Assembly (NCBI GenBank): GCA_017499595.2
Contig: CM038998.1
Coordinates: 3,534,001 to 3,598,000 of the forward strand
DNA: 64,000 nucleotides
Source of the DNA: Psilocybe cubensis
Taxonomy: Eukaryota
Direction: 5' to 3'
Shown here: positions 16,213 through 30,302 of the stretch, piece by piece
Numbering within the stretch: the stretch's first letter is position 1
Layout: every line of letters starts with the position of its first letter
Translations under genes and position numbers: made by a program
Notes under the pieces: model-generated
Database searches by the model: none
What the model was told of the DNA's origin: nothing
What the model saw: the letters and a program-made list of their open reading frames with translations, nothing else

Positions 16213-19200
16213 ATGCATCTATATCACTCTTTATCTACGCTGGTCGTTCTGCTGCTTTCATCATGGCTTCAGCTTTCGAACGGTATTTCCCTTCTCTTCC
16301 GTTCCTCCATGATCTCACAATTTGCCTCCGTCTCTCACAGCTCATAGTCCTGCTGCTAGACCACTACGACGGGTGGCTAACCCATCTACTCTTTCTCTTG
16401 AAATCCTCCCCCGACATCCTCATTCCTCCATCCAGTCAAGTCTCAGCAAACGACTCTCACCCCATCCGAACACCCTGCGTTATAACGACTCTTTTCGTCT
16501 AATACTATCTGCTTATAATGAAACTTTCCATCTACACCTGCGTCCTAATGACCACCTCGTTCACTCTGCTGCTAGGATTCACTACTATACAACCACATCG
16601 GACGGACGGGAGGTTCTAAGTCACACTGTGCCTTTGTTGCGTGAGACTGTAAAGGCTTACCTCGGGGAGGTCGTCGCGGCGGACCATTCACCAGCTCGCA
16701 TGCGTCAAGATGCTGCTCATGTCGTGCCCCAACCGCACCCAGCCGATCTTGGTTGGGCGCGCATCATGGTTTACGAACAAGGCGACACCGATCGTGGTAT
16801 CGCTCCCCTATTCGAAGGCGCCTTCTCTGCCAACGGCATCATATACCACATCATGACCAAGGAAAACTATTTACGCAACAAGCTTGAGCTTGATCCACAG
16901 CTTACCGAGCCCGTGGACGAGACGGACGCTAACCTCGTCATCTGGAGGGAATCTGATGTTATGACGCATGAGGAAGAGCATTTCGCCAAGACTGGGGAAA
17001 TTTATGCTTCGGAAAACGTCGTCGCCACGCCCCAATCGTGTGGTCATGATAGACTTGACTATAATTCTCCTTCACAGAACCCTATGTTAAGCACACCTCC
17101 ACCACTCACCTGGACCGATCGCCTCCTTGTGCCATTTCTTAATGACACCCTGTATCGACGAGATGATGTTCCGACAGGGAACGGTGGGATGAATTCCAAG
17201 TATGTTTACACGCACCCTGAAGATTTCCATGCGCTAATGCGATCGGCCACGCTTGTTCAGTTTCATCAATTCTATCGGTTCGACTGCAGGTTGCCCAACT
17301 ACCCAAAAAGTGGTGTGTAACAACTTTCCTGAGAACTTTCTAATTTCAGGTTTTCATTTATCTTGCTGTTGTACAGCTCTATATGGGTGTTGCTGCCGAT
17401 TGTGTATATGTCGCGAATGCCAAAACACAAGAAGCGGCCACACAGCAGATACTGAATAATTGGAATAGCGCAAGTGCTTTGTACAAAGTAGGTCCCAAGA
17501 TAAATCTTGACTTTAATTTCATCTTAACAATTAATTCGCTTCAAAAGAGCACCTTTAACGTCAGCCTAGGGATTGCCGAACTCCAAGTTCGTAGCGCAGT
17601 GTATGTTTTACATCATAAAAAGGGTTGATCAGAGGGTTAAACTATATTTTAAGATGTCCGACAACGGTCAACGCCGACAATATTTGGAATCTACCCTGCA
17701 GTGGCGCCGAGCTTGACACCAGACTTTCTCTTTTCTCTCAATGGAGAGGGGCCAAGGGTAACGATAACATTGGTTTATGGCATTTGATGAGTGGGTGCCC
17801 CACCGGATCGGAAGTTGGAATTGCATGGCTTGCAACTTTGTGAGTTAACCCACTGATTGGTGCCCGAAGGTTTATAATAGTTCATTTCACCCCTCTGTGA
17901 TAGATGCCAACAAGATGCCACTGGAAGTGCACCTTCTGTCGTTTCGGGAACCGCTGTCTCTACTGGTGGACGTACAGAGTGGCAAGTCGTTGCTCACGAA
18001 ATCGGGCACAACTTTGGTGCTATTGTGAGTGACCCCTGTGCGATCCCTTCATAAATTGTATCGATTTTAATCCCTCTTCTGTCAGCACGACGTACGTTTC
18101 TTTTTCGGCCGTTTGTTGTCTATTTTAGGTTGTTCTAAATTCTGTCCAGTGCGCCGATGGTTGCACGACAAGCTCATCATGTTGCCCGCTCACGACTACG
18201 ACATGCAATGCCAACGCGCAATTCATCATGAGCCCCGTTGCTCAGTCTGGCGAAACTGTTTTTTCACAGTGCACGATCGGTAATATCTGTGAGTATACGT
18301 CATAATTTATTTGTCGACCTCATTACAAACCATAAAATAAAATAAACAGGCTCTGTGATGAGAGGCGCTGGTGGAAGCAAGGTTACAACCACCTGTTTGG
18401 TCGATCCTGATCCTTCGCGGACCACTATCTCGCTCCAGATGTGTGGCAATGGGATCGTCGAGACTGGTGAAGATTGCGACCCAGGAGTTGGGTCAAATTC
18501 TACCTGCTGTGACGTCAAGACCTGCAAGTTCAAGAATAATGCATTGTGTGATCCAGACAGTAGCGCTTGCTGTACGGCGCAGTGTACGTTTGCCCCATCT
18601 ACGCAAGTCTGCCGCCCGTCTCGCGACACGCTGTGTGATACCGCTGAGATGTGCACTGGCAACTCTTCCTCATGTCCGACCGATGTTGTGGCTCCCAATG
18701 GTGCGTGTTTTTCACTGCGAATTTTGGGGGCTTTTATCTGTGATAAGTGGTGTTTAATAGGGTGACTGATATACTTCTTTTCATAATTAAGGGCAGAGCT
18801 GTGGGAGCAACGGTTTGGCGTGTGCCAGCGGCCTTTGCACGTCTGTCGCGCGTGAGTGTCTGTTCCTGTTTTTCCTTTATCGGCCCCAAAGCAAAGCATG
18901 AGCTCATATCCCACGCCTAGAACAATGTCAGAGCGTTGGCGCTTCGATGGGTCTCAAGGCCGCTTGTCCCGACCGCAACGATCAATCATGTCAGATCTCA
19001 TGTCAAGACCCCACTAACGCAGGAGCTTGCATAAGACTGACATCCCTGCTTATCGACGGATCTCCCTGCGGTACGTGGTAGCACATTACATCCCTTATGA
19101 GCGGGTCCTGCTAGTGACACACACCTGCCATCAATATCGCAATCATGCTGACTGTGATCATCCTGTTCACATAGGATACGCCGGTACTTGTCTGTCTGGC

Positions 19201-19926
19201 AAGTGCCAATCTGCTGGATTTTTAGATACAGCAAAGGTTTACATCTTCTTTCTTTGTCCAACTTTTCACTGATCGACCCGAATCACTCTCAGGCGTGGTA
19301 TGTTCAGAATCTGCAGATCTCAATTCCGATAACCGTCGTCGCCGGTCTGGTGGCGATTCTACTTTTATGGGCTATCTTTAGAGGTAAGTGTTTTTTTACT
19401 TTTATTTTTATACCTGGCATCTCTCTTTTTGTGTTCTTTTGTGATGTCAAAGTATGTCGTGTATGGGAGTGCTCATTTGTTCTATTTTTGTTTCTTTTTT
19501 CTGTCCATGAACAGCGATGTCACGATGCTGCGGTTCAAGACAGCAGCCGCGTTCAAGAGCTGTGCTAGCTGTCCCACCAGGCCCAATGACACGAACGGCA
19601 ACACATGAGAGATTAGCTAGCTTTGATCCTCGTACAGGCTCTGACAGACCTGGGGGCTCGCGCACATTACCAGGATCAACGTAGGTGTTTTTTTTATGAT
19701 CTCCTCGGAAATGTATAAGCTGACCGTATGTATCCTTATCATCTAATATCCTCCTCCTTGCTCTTCTTTCCCTCGTTTGCGCAGTACCTCTTATACGCGC
19801 GTGCCGCCCGCTGCACATGACCGAATGGGCTCAGGTGGCAGTGCTGAGCTCAGATACAACTATGCAGCCAATAATCGCATGGATTGGGTGGACGACAGCG
19901 CATATAATGGACCAAGACGGTATTAA
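16213..19926 (+). CDS. Fungal ADAM metalloprotease (signal peptide, prodomain, M12B catalytic domain, disintegrin, Cys-rich, TM)
   Basis: Signal peptide MHLYHSLSTLVVLLLSSWLQLSN; HEIGHNFGAI|HD zinc motif; CGNGIVETGEDCDPG disintegrin; TM ISIPITVVAGLVAILLLWAIF; stop TAA at 19924-19926. Probable 5'UTR intron 16072-16194. Confidence 0.92.
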
Positions 19927-22016
19927 TCCACATCTGTACTAGCCTTACTTATCCAGACCTCGCCATCGCTCTGCCAGTATAAATTTGCCAGAGCGAAAGG
20001 TCATTTCGAGAGAGATTTTAAAGCAGTTGTATTATCTTATTGCATTTCGTTTTATATGTAGCTCGGATTGCTCTCGAGAATCATTATGTTATTGGATGGA
20101 AGGATCGACAATTTGTTGGACATTTGTATCAGTAAAATATAAAAAACAATTTGTTAAACTTGTTCGTGCTCTCTGTCCCATCGGTTCAAGGTTGCCTTAG
20201 TTTTTAAGCTTCTTCTTTCCCATGATCACGGTTGAGGAAAGGGTCTTTCGGCATTTGCCCAATAGGCCACATCGGCAGAAAACTTTGTTGAACGCAGATA
20301 TCGCGATCCCGAATGTATATTGGCTAGTTACCCAGGCACCCCTTGATGATCTCCAGCCCCTCCATGCTATTTTTATCATTTGCCCAGGACAAGATCCTTG
20401 AATTGTCAAGTTATTCAGTTACGACAAGCGACCGATAACCCTCATGAGAAAAAAGGAAGGTGCCCACCCAACAGATATCAGATCGGGGCTAATCGAGAAA
20501 CAAGTGAAAAAATTCCGAAGCAAGGTGACAGTATGTATAACGAGATAATCATGATGACTATGCTATGTGCTACTATATGTATAGAATAGGTGTAAGAACC
20601 TACGTACGTACGTACGTCCTGTGTGATGGCGTGTTCCCATTTCGTGACATGTATCGATGAGATGATATCTACCGAAGTAGACTGCGACAGGGCTTGTCTC
20701 CGCATGTAGCACAGCCGTCTCCGCCGCTGGGTTTTTTTGCAAATAAGCTTGGTTCGGTTACTTCAGGTGGGCCTTGTATGATCGTCCAAAAGGGATTCTC
20801 GGGGAAATTGAATCGGCCCAGAGGTAGGCGAATGGAAGTAGCCAGAGGAACATACATCATACGACTCGACTCGGATTGTAATTGTCCAAGTCCATCTCGT
20901 CTAGAGACTAGCCGCATACGTTTATGTTAGTTACTAACTTGAGTATAATCAATTATGCATGTTGCGAATCACAGTTGATTAGGATCCATGGGACTAGACC
21001 TGCGTAAGAAGTTAGCGTTTGATTTGACTCTGAGGTAACTCATTGTAATAAATAGGAAAGTGTCCAGGCTCTATTTATATGATCACAACGTATTCACATT
21101 AAACCGTTTTGACGGATAAATGGAAGGAAGATGTCCCAGGTTCACTCCTGGATGCAAGGGTGTGATCATCTGCTTTTTCCAACGGAATCAAGAGGCCTGA
21201 GATGACGCCGAGTCGCCGACAGGTATGGAGATCCACACGAGATACAATTGACTTAATCGCCAATTCAAGGGCAGGTAGTGATGTAACTCTGCGGGTTGCG
21301 TGATTGTGGACAGACCCCGGCTTAGGAGCATACGGAGACACATGGCCCAAGGCAACTTCGCAAAGCAGTGAGTTACAATGTGCTCGGTTCGCCTCCTTAC
21401 ATATGTATGTACTAGGGTGCATTGGTACCTTCTCTTGCGTACAGTACGCCCGAGCTAACTCCATTACGCAGGAAAACTCTGCTCTGATCAACTCTCTGAT
21501 GAACTTCGAAAAGCAAAGCGTATCGAGAGAAGCATTCTGCTTTGAGGTGGGCTTTCATACCCTTGATAGGGTTATGTCTGTGTGTAATAGGATTAGCCTT
21601 GGTAATATCAGATATGGGAAAGGGTGATGATGCAACAGTTCTAGCGATAATGGATATTCTTGGCTTGCGCAGATGACACCACTGCGAAGTAAGGCAAACC
21701 GATACATAAATACCGATCGTCGAAGGATGCGGCATCAGTGCCAACAGCCTCCCAGTAGATGCATGCATTTGTGATCGAGCAATCGCCGATGAAAGAAGGA
21801 GCCTGTGCATGTAAAAATGACTTTGGAAAGGAGTTATACGATGAATCCGCATACGCATACGAGTCCGCGTAAAATGGAGGGGTTTCTCCAAGAAGCAGAG
21901 GCTTCCAAGAATTAGGTCTATAAGCGCGACATGCTACGCTTGCTTGCGTTTTTCCTAAACCAAGATGCTAAGTTTAAAGAGCGTATCCAATATACAAGGA
22001 TATGTATCAATCAGGC

Positions 22017-23159
22017 TTATTCAGGAGGTCTATCGGCATCGGATGCTGGACGTTTTTCTAGTATGCCATCCACTATACCAAACTCCATGGCTTCTTGTGC
22101 TATTGGGTAGATTGAGCGTCTGAAACAAAGACAATAACGAAATTTCAAACCCACCGGTCATATAGTAGTCTCGCTCTAGAGCCCTCTCTGATAATGTGGC
22201 GCACAAGTTAAAGCGATTATGAACGGAGAAAGAGGGGGAAAAAGATACGTACCGAAGCGTGCGAGTCCTTCGGCTTGTGTTTCTCCATCTTTTGAGCAAT
22301 GCCGCTGGTAGATGCCAGTCAAAAGTTGACGTATCCGTAATATCTCCTTAGCGTGAATTGCAATGTCAGAAGCTTGCCCCGAGGCACCGCCGGATGGCTC
22401 TAGAGAGATAAGTAGGTATATAAAGCACATAGGAACCAGATAAAGTCGACATACGATGGATCATGATGCTGGCGTTTGGCAAGCAGTGCCGCTTTCCCTT
22501 CTCGCCAGAAGCGAGAAGAAGAGAGCCCATGGACGCGGCTAATCCCAGACTGTAGGTATGAATGGGAGACGACACATACTATCGAAGGTATCAATTAATA
22601 GTTCAGCAGAGTTTGACAAGATTTTCCACCTGCATCTACACAATTAGATGGGAATTGTAACCTAGCAAAGACATAGCTTACTGTGTCATAAATCGCGAGT
22701 CCTGCGGTCACACTTCCTCCGGGGGAATTGATATATAGATGGATAGGTTTAGTCGAGTCCTCCGCTTCTAGAAATAATAGTTGAGCAACTATTAGAGTCG
22801 AGTCCGCGTCCCGTATCTAATGTCAATTAGTCGCATAGAACTCAGATGAAACGAGTCCTAGTAAAGACTAACTGGCCCATGAAGCATTATCACGCGTTCT
22901 CTCAGCAGACGAGAGAAGATATCATATGAGCGCTCCCCTCTGCCCTAAATGAAAATTCAAAGTCAAGGCCAATGTTGAGTAAACCCACGAAACAACGAAC
23001 CGTTTGTTCAATGACTATGGGTACAAGGTTTGCGGACGGTGGGGTCTGCCATTGGTCTTGAAAGAACTGGATAGATTGGCCTGCCAATGGATGAAATGAC
23101 CTTTTGGGCGACGGAATAGACCGTCGAAGGGATGAGCGAACAATTGCCCTTGCAAACAT
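22017..23159 (-). CDS. clpP: Mitochondrial ATP-dependent Clp protease proteolytic subunit; multi-exon
   Basis: Presequence [70 protein letters not shown]; stop at 22019-22017. Confidence 0.93.
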
Positions 23160-23403
23160 GGTCGTGGTGTTCAAGGTACGAGGCGTTCCGTGAACGCCAA
23201 GAATTGGTAGAAGGACCAGATCACGTGATACGCGCGTCAACAGCGGCCACTGAAATTGTGAAAAAGTTGACACTACTCCTTCGACGTAAACATCGTCGAG
23301 CTATTGCGCTCTTCAGCTCAGACTGGCTCGCTCCACTTCAGGAATTAAAACTGGCATCTCCACATACGCCATAGCCTCTATCTTGGCTCTTTAGCGAACT
23401 ACA
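23160..23403. promoter_or_regulatory. Putative bidirectional promoter clpP/BRL1 with palindromic ATCACGTGAT
   Basis: 244 bp between divergent ATGs; E-box palindrome at 23220-23229 followed by ACGCGCGT. Confidence 0.5.
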
Positions 23404-24866
23404 ATGGCAGGTCGATATACCTTCACTAATCAGAGGTCCAAGGAGGCTCCCATGGACTTCCAATGGACTAATCGAAGCTCAGTGAAGCCAGCTTGGGCAG
23501 CTGATACTGAAGAACCAAGAACCCCTCGAAAACGTATGTGCCATACGCGCCAATTCTTCATCCAACTCACAGTTAATCCGAAGGCTCACACGATGCGTTG
23601 ACACCATCTACACCCTCACTCACGGATACCACAAATCAACCAATGTTTGGTTCGAATCAAAACGTTCCGTTTCTCTTCCACCCAACACCGGGTCCTCAGA
23701 CGCCGCATTCGCATCCATGGGTTCCGCCACCACAATTTTCTCCTACAAAGGCGTTTCCTGCAACTGAGATCAAAGATATTGACATGACAGAAGCCAGTCC
23801 GTTGAAGGGTGATGATGCCAAAGGCAACGAGCTCGTAGTCAAAGAAAAAGAGGGAGATAAGGATAGAGGTAGACCTGTGGCAGCTGGTGGACTGCGACGC
23901 GTATTTAAACAGCGGACAAGACGTTTGAATGGGCGTAGACAACGACGGGAAGAAGATGAAGGCCCTTCGAGCTCAGCAGACGAAAGCGACGAAGATGGCA
24001 ATGTAGTGCCTCATACCCAAAATACCTCAAATCATTATACTCTCAATATGCCTGCACCGCCTGCCCCACCCTCGGATACGCCCTATGTCCTTCTTGGGTA
24101 AGCCATCCAATGTTACAGTCTTTGACTTTGACTTACCATCCGCTAGTTATCTCCAGTTCTTCTTCAATCTATCGCTAATCTTGATATTCCTGTATCTTTT
24201 CGTGCAGTTCATCATCACTGTCCAAAGAGATGTGGGTCTCCGTATATCCGAGTACTCTCAAGGTGGGTATCACTCCAACTCTGACATGTTTCCGGTAAAT
24301 TAATCAACGTCGCTAGACATCATCCAGGAAATCGGTATATGTGCATTGCAGTTCAAGAACAATAACTGCGATACTATATCAAAAACGGTCCCGGCCATGA
24401 CCCAACAATGCGCAAATTGGGAGGCCTGCATGAATCGCGACCCTACCGTTATCGGGCGCGCAAAAGTTGGAGCCGAGTTAATCGCAGAGGTCATAAACGG
24501 ATTCGTCGAACCAATCACCTGGAAGACCTTGGTGAGTCACACACCCCCATCCCTTCACCTCAATACCCAGGCACCACAGGATCTTTAAGTTGATCGAAAT
24601 TAACCTTTGCAACTGACCCGCAATCGCAGATATTCACGTTGACGTCCTTGGCATTCTTGACGGTCTTTATCAACACCCTGTTGTCGCTCTACCGGGCAAA
24701 GCACCAGCCAACCCCTGCCCCAGTGCATCACCCCGCACCGCCCCCCTTTCCATACATTGCCCCTGGCCCTGCTCCCAAATGGAGCCGTTATCAGGACGAC
24801 CAGGATCTAGAGTCACCTCCTAGGAGACGACGACTGGAAGGTGGACTTGCTGCGAAAATAAGATAA
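23404..24866 (+). CDS. BRL1: Brl1/Brr6-family nuclear envelope / NPC biogenesis protein
   Basis: TM YLQFFFNLSLILIFLYL, four-Cys luminal segment (ICALQFKNNNC...QQCANWEACMNRDP), AELIAEVINGFVEPITWKTL, second TM. Confidence 0.85.
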
Positions 24867-25743
24867 ATTAATAAACCTGGGGGGGGACTGACATCGACCG
24901 ACGACATAGCGTACATACTCGATCTACCTACTTAATCACACCTGGGGAATACAAACACGCATACATATACAGATATTGTTATTTATTCAGTTATTTGCCA
25001 TGCCTACAATATCCGTTCTTGAGCAATTAATTGCTCCTGTTGCTGTCCATTGCGCACAAGTGCAGGAAGCGGGAAGCGCACCGGCTCCATTCGCGTGCCG
25101 GAACAACCTCCTAACTTTTCATCTCTCAGCGTCCAGGAGCGTCCAGGATGCGGTTTTGCCGAGGTTTTATGCACTCCTAATTATACTTGCGTTCACACCA
25201 GAGGATTGCGTCCGAACGCTCGCTCGCAGCTAACTTTCGTTTTTCTCGAAGGAATCGGGATCCGAATAACCATTTATAACTTGTTTTCTGAGAAAAGGAG
25301 TTTCCGTGTACTTGCTCTCAAAAAATAAACGGAACCTAAAAATTCTCATGGTCAGCTCAATTTATCGACGCTTCTCGTTCACGCGATGAAGCTCGACTTG
25401 AAAAGGATTGTCAAAACAGTGTGATTGCATGTTGTTATCAAAACAGAAAAGAGTATGTTATGTACAGGCGGCCAATGTGTATATGCTAAGTGAGGAGGAT
25501 GTCGCATAGTGCAAAAAATGCATAGTGGAGATGATGATGATGATGAGTCGATGATGTATGTGTATTGTGCCAGAGAACATGTGGTGAGAGATAATAAGTA
25601 ATAGAGAAAGAAGGTCGTCATGGGTCATAAGAGATGCAAACAAGAAACCCGAAAGCAAGTGCGAGGTACTATGTAATACGGTAGATAGCAAAAGCAATAA
25701 CAAAAAGTGAAAGAAAAGAGTCCAGTAGAAATGGAAGAAGAAA

Positions 25744-28700
25744 TCATGACGACGCGTCCGGCTTCTCCAGAGGCGGCGACTGCGACTGCTTCGAGTGCTT
25801 CGAGTCGGGCGGCGACCGTGACGAGCGGTGCATCATCACATCACCCATCTTGCCCCTCCCACCAGCGGCGGCAGACGGTGGCGACATCGAGCGCGCGCCC
25901 GCATCCACATGCATCTTATCATCCCCATTATGCACGGGCGACGGCGCGCTCGACGCAGGCGACAACGTCGCAATCGGCGGCAAAGCAATCGACGACCCCG
26001 ATCCACCACCCTGTTGCTGCTGTTGCTGTTGCTGTACCTGTGATGCATGGCCAGCGCCGATCGGGCGCGGGTGAGGAGGAAGTACAGCGGGCAGCGAAGG
26101 ACTAGGCGGGAACGGCTCGCGCGCTTCAGGCGAATGCGACGCGAGTTGCGTACGGAAAGGGATAGGAGATGGTCGCGTTGATGGGATGGGGGTCCTGCGT
26201 CCGCCAGAGGGAGAGGAGATGCGGCGCTGCTTCATCATGTCAAGACGTGAGCGCTTCGAGCCGTTGTCGTCCTCCGGCCCCGGGCTAAGCGCGCGCTTGA
26301 GCGGCTGTGACTGGCTCGGCGGCGAGGTGTGGTTGGAGGAGACCGAGTTACGATGCGAAGGAGCAGGCCGCGGCGAGGGGTCGCTGAGACGGCCACTATG
26401 TGACGAGATGGTAGGCGAGTGCGCGGGGCCATCGCCACCCGAGCCTGAACTCTCCGCGGTGCGGAAGCTCGAGCTCGTAGCGAGCCCAATAAGCGCGTCG
26501 GCTACCGCAACACCCTCATCATAGTTCTCATCCAGGACTCGCGAAGGTGGGCGGGGCGTCGCACCTGTAGGCGATGGTTGGATGGAGCGCGACGAGCCCG
26601 AGTGCGAGCTGTTCTCCGGTGAGCCGGGGCCCTTGGGGTACGCCTTGAAGCTGCCAGGCATCCCCCGCTCTGCGGCGAACGCCTTCTGCCTCTCCGTGCC
26701 TTCGTCCTCCTTGCGCTTACTGCCGTTCACGCGCTTTCGCCTGTCCTTCTTTGGCACACTCTCTTGGATCGACTGCGGCGGTGAATGTGCCGAAAAGTGG
26801 GGTGGTGGAGGAGGAGGCGGTTGAGGAGTATGTTGTTGAGGCGTTTGCGGAGGCTGCGACTGTGACTGATGAAGGTGTCCATCGTCCTTTGTCCGCCTGC
26901 GGCGTTCCTTGGCCTCAGCCAACATGGGCGTCGCGTGTGGGCTCTCTGAAGTCCTCGAACTGCCTACAACCATGTGTGCAGGAACATTGTTTCGAGCACG
27001 CATCCCTTCAGGAGATACAGGGTAGCTCCTGCTGCTTTCCCGTTCCATATCGTAGTCGCGAGCATCGTGACGAGTTGGATCGTACCTCCGCGAGGGCGGT
27101 TCACTGTGAGGCGCCTGGTGTTGAGGTGGCGGGGGAGGCGACGACTGACGGAAGCCAGGATGTGACGGAGGCTTGTTATCCCAATAACGAGGCGCTCCTC
27201 GCGGCGACGGCTCAGGAGGACTGTGGGCGCGTGGAGAGCGCGGCTGGTAAAAGGTGTTTTGTGGTGCACCTTGTTGCATATACTCGACGCCATGCCTCGG
27301 TCGACGATCGTGTTCCCAGTCACGGTGGTCGCCAGGGGGTCGTCGATCCCAGCCTGGCTCAGGCTCAGGATGACTGGGGTCACGACGGTGGTATACATGA
27401 GGAGAGCGTTGAGGGGGCGGAGCGCTAGGCTGTGCGGGACCCATAGGTTGTCGGACATGAGGAGGGTAGTTTTGGAAGTTTGGAGGAGGCGGCGAACGAG
27501 GTCGGCCGCTCTGAGGAGCAGGAGAGATGGATCTAGAGTGAGGTCGTGGGCCGCCACGACTGTTGTAATACTGATCAGGATGCTGAGGGTGTCCGCCATT
27601 TCTAGGGTCGTCAGAGTGTTGAGGGGGTAGAGGATGTTGAAGGAGAAGGCTGTGGTGCCCTGAAGGACCGCGAGTGTGTTCGCGAGATGGAGGGTAATCA
27701 CGGCCGCCCGGAAGAGGTGGTCTATCGACTTCCATGGGCGCCAAGGGCGTATGGGACGGCATGTGCCGGCTCTCGTCGAGGATGACTGGAGGCGGTGGGC
27801 CGCCTTTAAAGGGAGGAGGGGGTGACACACGTCCATTGCTGGCTTGAGGAGGGGGAGGAAGGGAAATTTCATTCGAAGGTCCGCGAGAGTCTGTGCGGAA
27901 GGGAGGGCGGAGGTTGCCGGTTTGCAGCGTGAGAGGAGGCCCTGGTGGTGGGACGACGGAACTGGCGTAAGCTGTTGGGTGCACGTCCTGCGGACCCGGA
28001 GCAGCTGGGAGCACAGTGCCAGTAGCCTGTGCGTTCTTGAGAAGCTGCAGCCGCTGCGCGATGGCAGCATTGCTGGGATCAAGTTCACTGGCCCGAGCAT
28101 AGGCGTCGATGGCGTCAGTGATCTGGTTGTTGCAGCTCTCGTAGAGACTGCCCAGATCGAACCATACTTCTGAGATGTATGGGTTGATGCGGATGGCCCG
28201 GGAGTAGGCGTCGAGAGCATCGCGGAACTGGTTGATTTGGAAGTAGAGGACGCCGATCGAGCACCAGAAAGTGGGATTGCGTCCATCTCGGTAGACAGCC
28301 TGTTGGTAGGCTTCGTAAGCCTTGTTGTACTTCTGGCCGGCCATATACGCTCGTCCCAATAGATACCAGCTTTGGGCATCGGAAGGGTCTTGAATCACGA
28401 TCGAAGTCAGGTAAAGTCAAAGTATAATGAACGAGTACGTACCAGCTTCGAGGCTCTTGGTCAGATACTGGATGGCGAGGTCCTGGTTCTGAAACGAGGA
28501 GCCATCCTGATGGTATAGCCACCCAAGTTGCTGCAGCACTTTGGCGTGACCGGGGTTAGCTTCTACGACACGTTCATATGCATCCTTCGCTTGGACGTGC
28601 TGGACAATGAATCAGATCGGATGATATGAAGACTAGAAATGGCAAGTTTACATTTTTCTGCTGCTCAAAAACATGCCCGATCTGGAACCAGATGTCGGCG

Positions 28701-29741
28701 TGGGCGAGGGGACTTGGTGGATTTCGCAGGATGCGATCGAAGCATTCTAACGACTCCTGGAACTTGCCCTGCTGCTTGTAGATGATGCCCAGGCGGAATA
28801 GAATTTCGTTTTCCTTGTCAAAGTCTAAATCTATGAACATTAATGAGGAGCTAGAAGGCAGAGGCAGAAGGAGGACTGACCTTTGGACATGCGCAAGACA
28901 GAGGCAAACGCCTCTTCGGCGTGATCAAGGGAGCCATAACGATCGTACAGGATGCCGATCCCGTACCACAGTTTAGGGTCCTCCTGGCATAGAGAACATA
29001 AGGACAAGCAGTGAGCAGACTAGGAGAAAGGAATCACTTTAGGATTTGGCAGGAGATAGAGGGCCTGCTGGTAGGCTGAATAAGCCTTCTGTAGGTCATC
29101 CTGCATAAGATAGCAGTGACCTGGAGGAGAAGTGAGTGAGAGAGCAGAGAGAGGGGAAATAGCGCACGGACCGAGAGCACTCCATATCTCGCCGTTGTCC
29201 TCCTCAATACCGAGAACGCGCTGGAAGAAATCAACTGCCTAATTGGGAAAGAAGACGTCATAATTAGATTTGATCGGGTCGGGGTAAGCAAAGGCAAACA
29301 AAAGGGAGGAGTGTATCCGCGGATAGACGCGGTGGAGGCAGGCGGCAAATTACAAGTAAAAGAAAGCTTACCTTTGGATAGTTTTCTTTGATCCGAGCGA
29401 TACCCGCGACCTGTGTGAGACCAGAGACGGAAGTGGGATTATGGCGCAGGGCGTTTTCGTAGGCTGAGAGGGCGTGCTCGAGATCTCCCATCTGCTCTGC
29501 GACACGGCCTGGGAGGAGTGGGGGGTTGGGTGGGGGTTATGGGGATGAGAAGAAAGGGATGCATACCTATCAGTAGCCATGTCTGCTCATTGGCAGTGTT
29601 GAGCTTGTGGATGATAGAGGGGTTGGCTGGCGGGGGCGGCGGGGGCAGGGCGTTCTGGATGAGGGGCGTGGGGTTGTGGTGGTTGTGGGGGGCGGGGTCG
29701 TGTATGCGGTCTGGCTGGCGGGGAAGATGGCGGTGGGACAT
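25744..29741 (-). CDS. SSN6: TPR general corepressor Ssn6/Cyc8; multi-exon
   Basis: NEQTWLLIG, tandem TPRs (DPKLWYGIGILYDRYG, WYLLGRAYM, YRDGRNPTFWCSIGVLYFQINQFRDALDAYSRAI), long Pro/His/Gln-rich C-terminus in ORF 25744-28398. Confidence 0.95.
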
Positions 29742-30302
29742 GGTAGGGGAAAGGGAAGGGGGCGAAAGGACATCATCTTTGTGGCGTGGCGATATATATA
29801 ATATAATGGCAGAGATCAGGCCCAGCAGCGGGAGCGGCCACCCCTCTTACGATCATGGCGATCAAGGTGGACGCTGCGATGGAATCTTGTCATTCAAATG
29901 TCAGCCGCGTGCCTTTGTTTTGCCGAATATAGATTGTTTCCGTGCGGCGGCTAGCGAGCATAAACGATCTAGATCCCTGTCAATCGCGTGGGTGTCAAAC
30001 ACTTAATCTCAGATCTCTCGGCCCGAATCTTCCCTCATCCTTTTCCCGCTTCCCCCACCAAGCTTATTTCTGCCGTTGCCTTCTGGAACCTCCACACGTT
30101 CGGAGTAATTATGTCCACTGCCACCTGATTGCGATCGTGGAATGCTAATGACTAAACAAGCTTCATCCAGATTCCCCCGATTCTCTGCACCGCTTTCCTG
30201 ACTAATCTCTTTCACACTCAGCCAGCTCCGCTCCAATTCTCTCTTCTCTTCCTCGTCACTTCGCCACCTTGCACCGCACCTAGCCAGCCAACGTGTATCG
30301 CT

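Noticed and set aside
19990-21950. Short ORFs between ADAM and clpP
   Set aside because: No recognisable domains, coherent exon chain or CAAX pheromone-like ends.
26964-28379. 471-aa alternative-frame ORF inside SSN6
   Set aside because: Shadow ORF: the Pro/Ser/His-rich, GC-rich host frame seldom creates stops in the shifted frame; no recognisable motifs.
29570-29776. Out-of-frame upstream ATGs overlapping the SSN6 start
   Set aside because: They lie about 20 nt from the TATA-like run at 29792-29805 and are probably upstream of the TSS.
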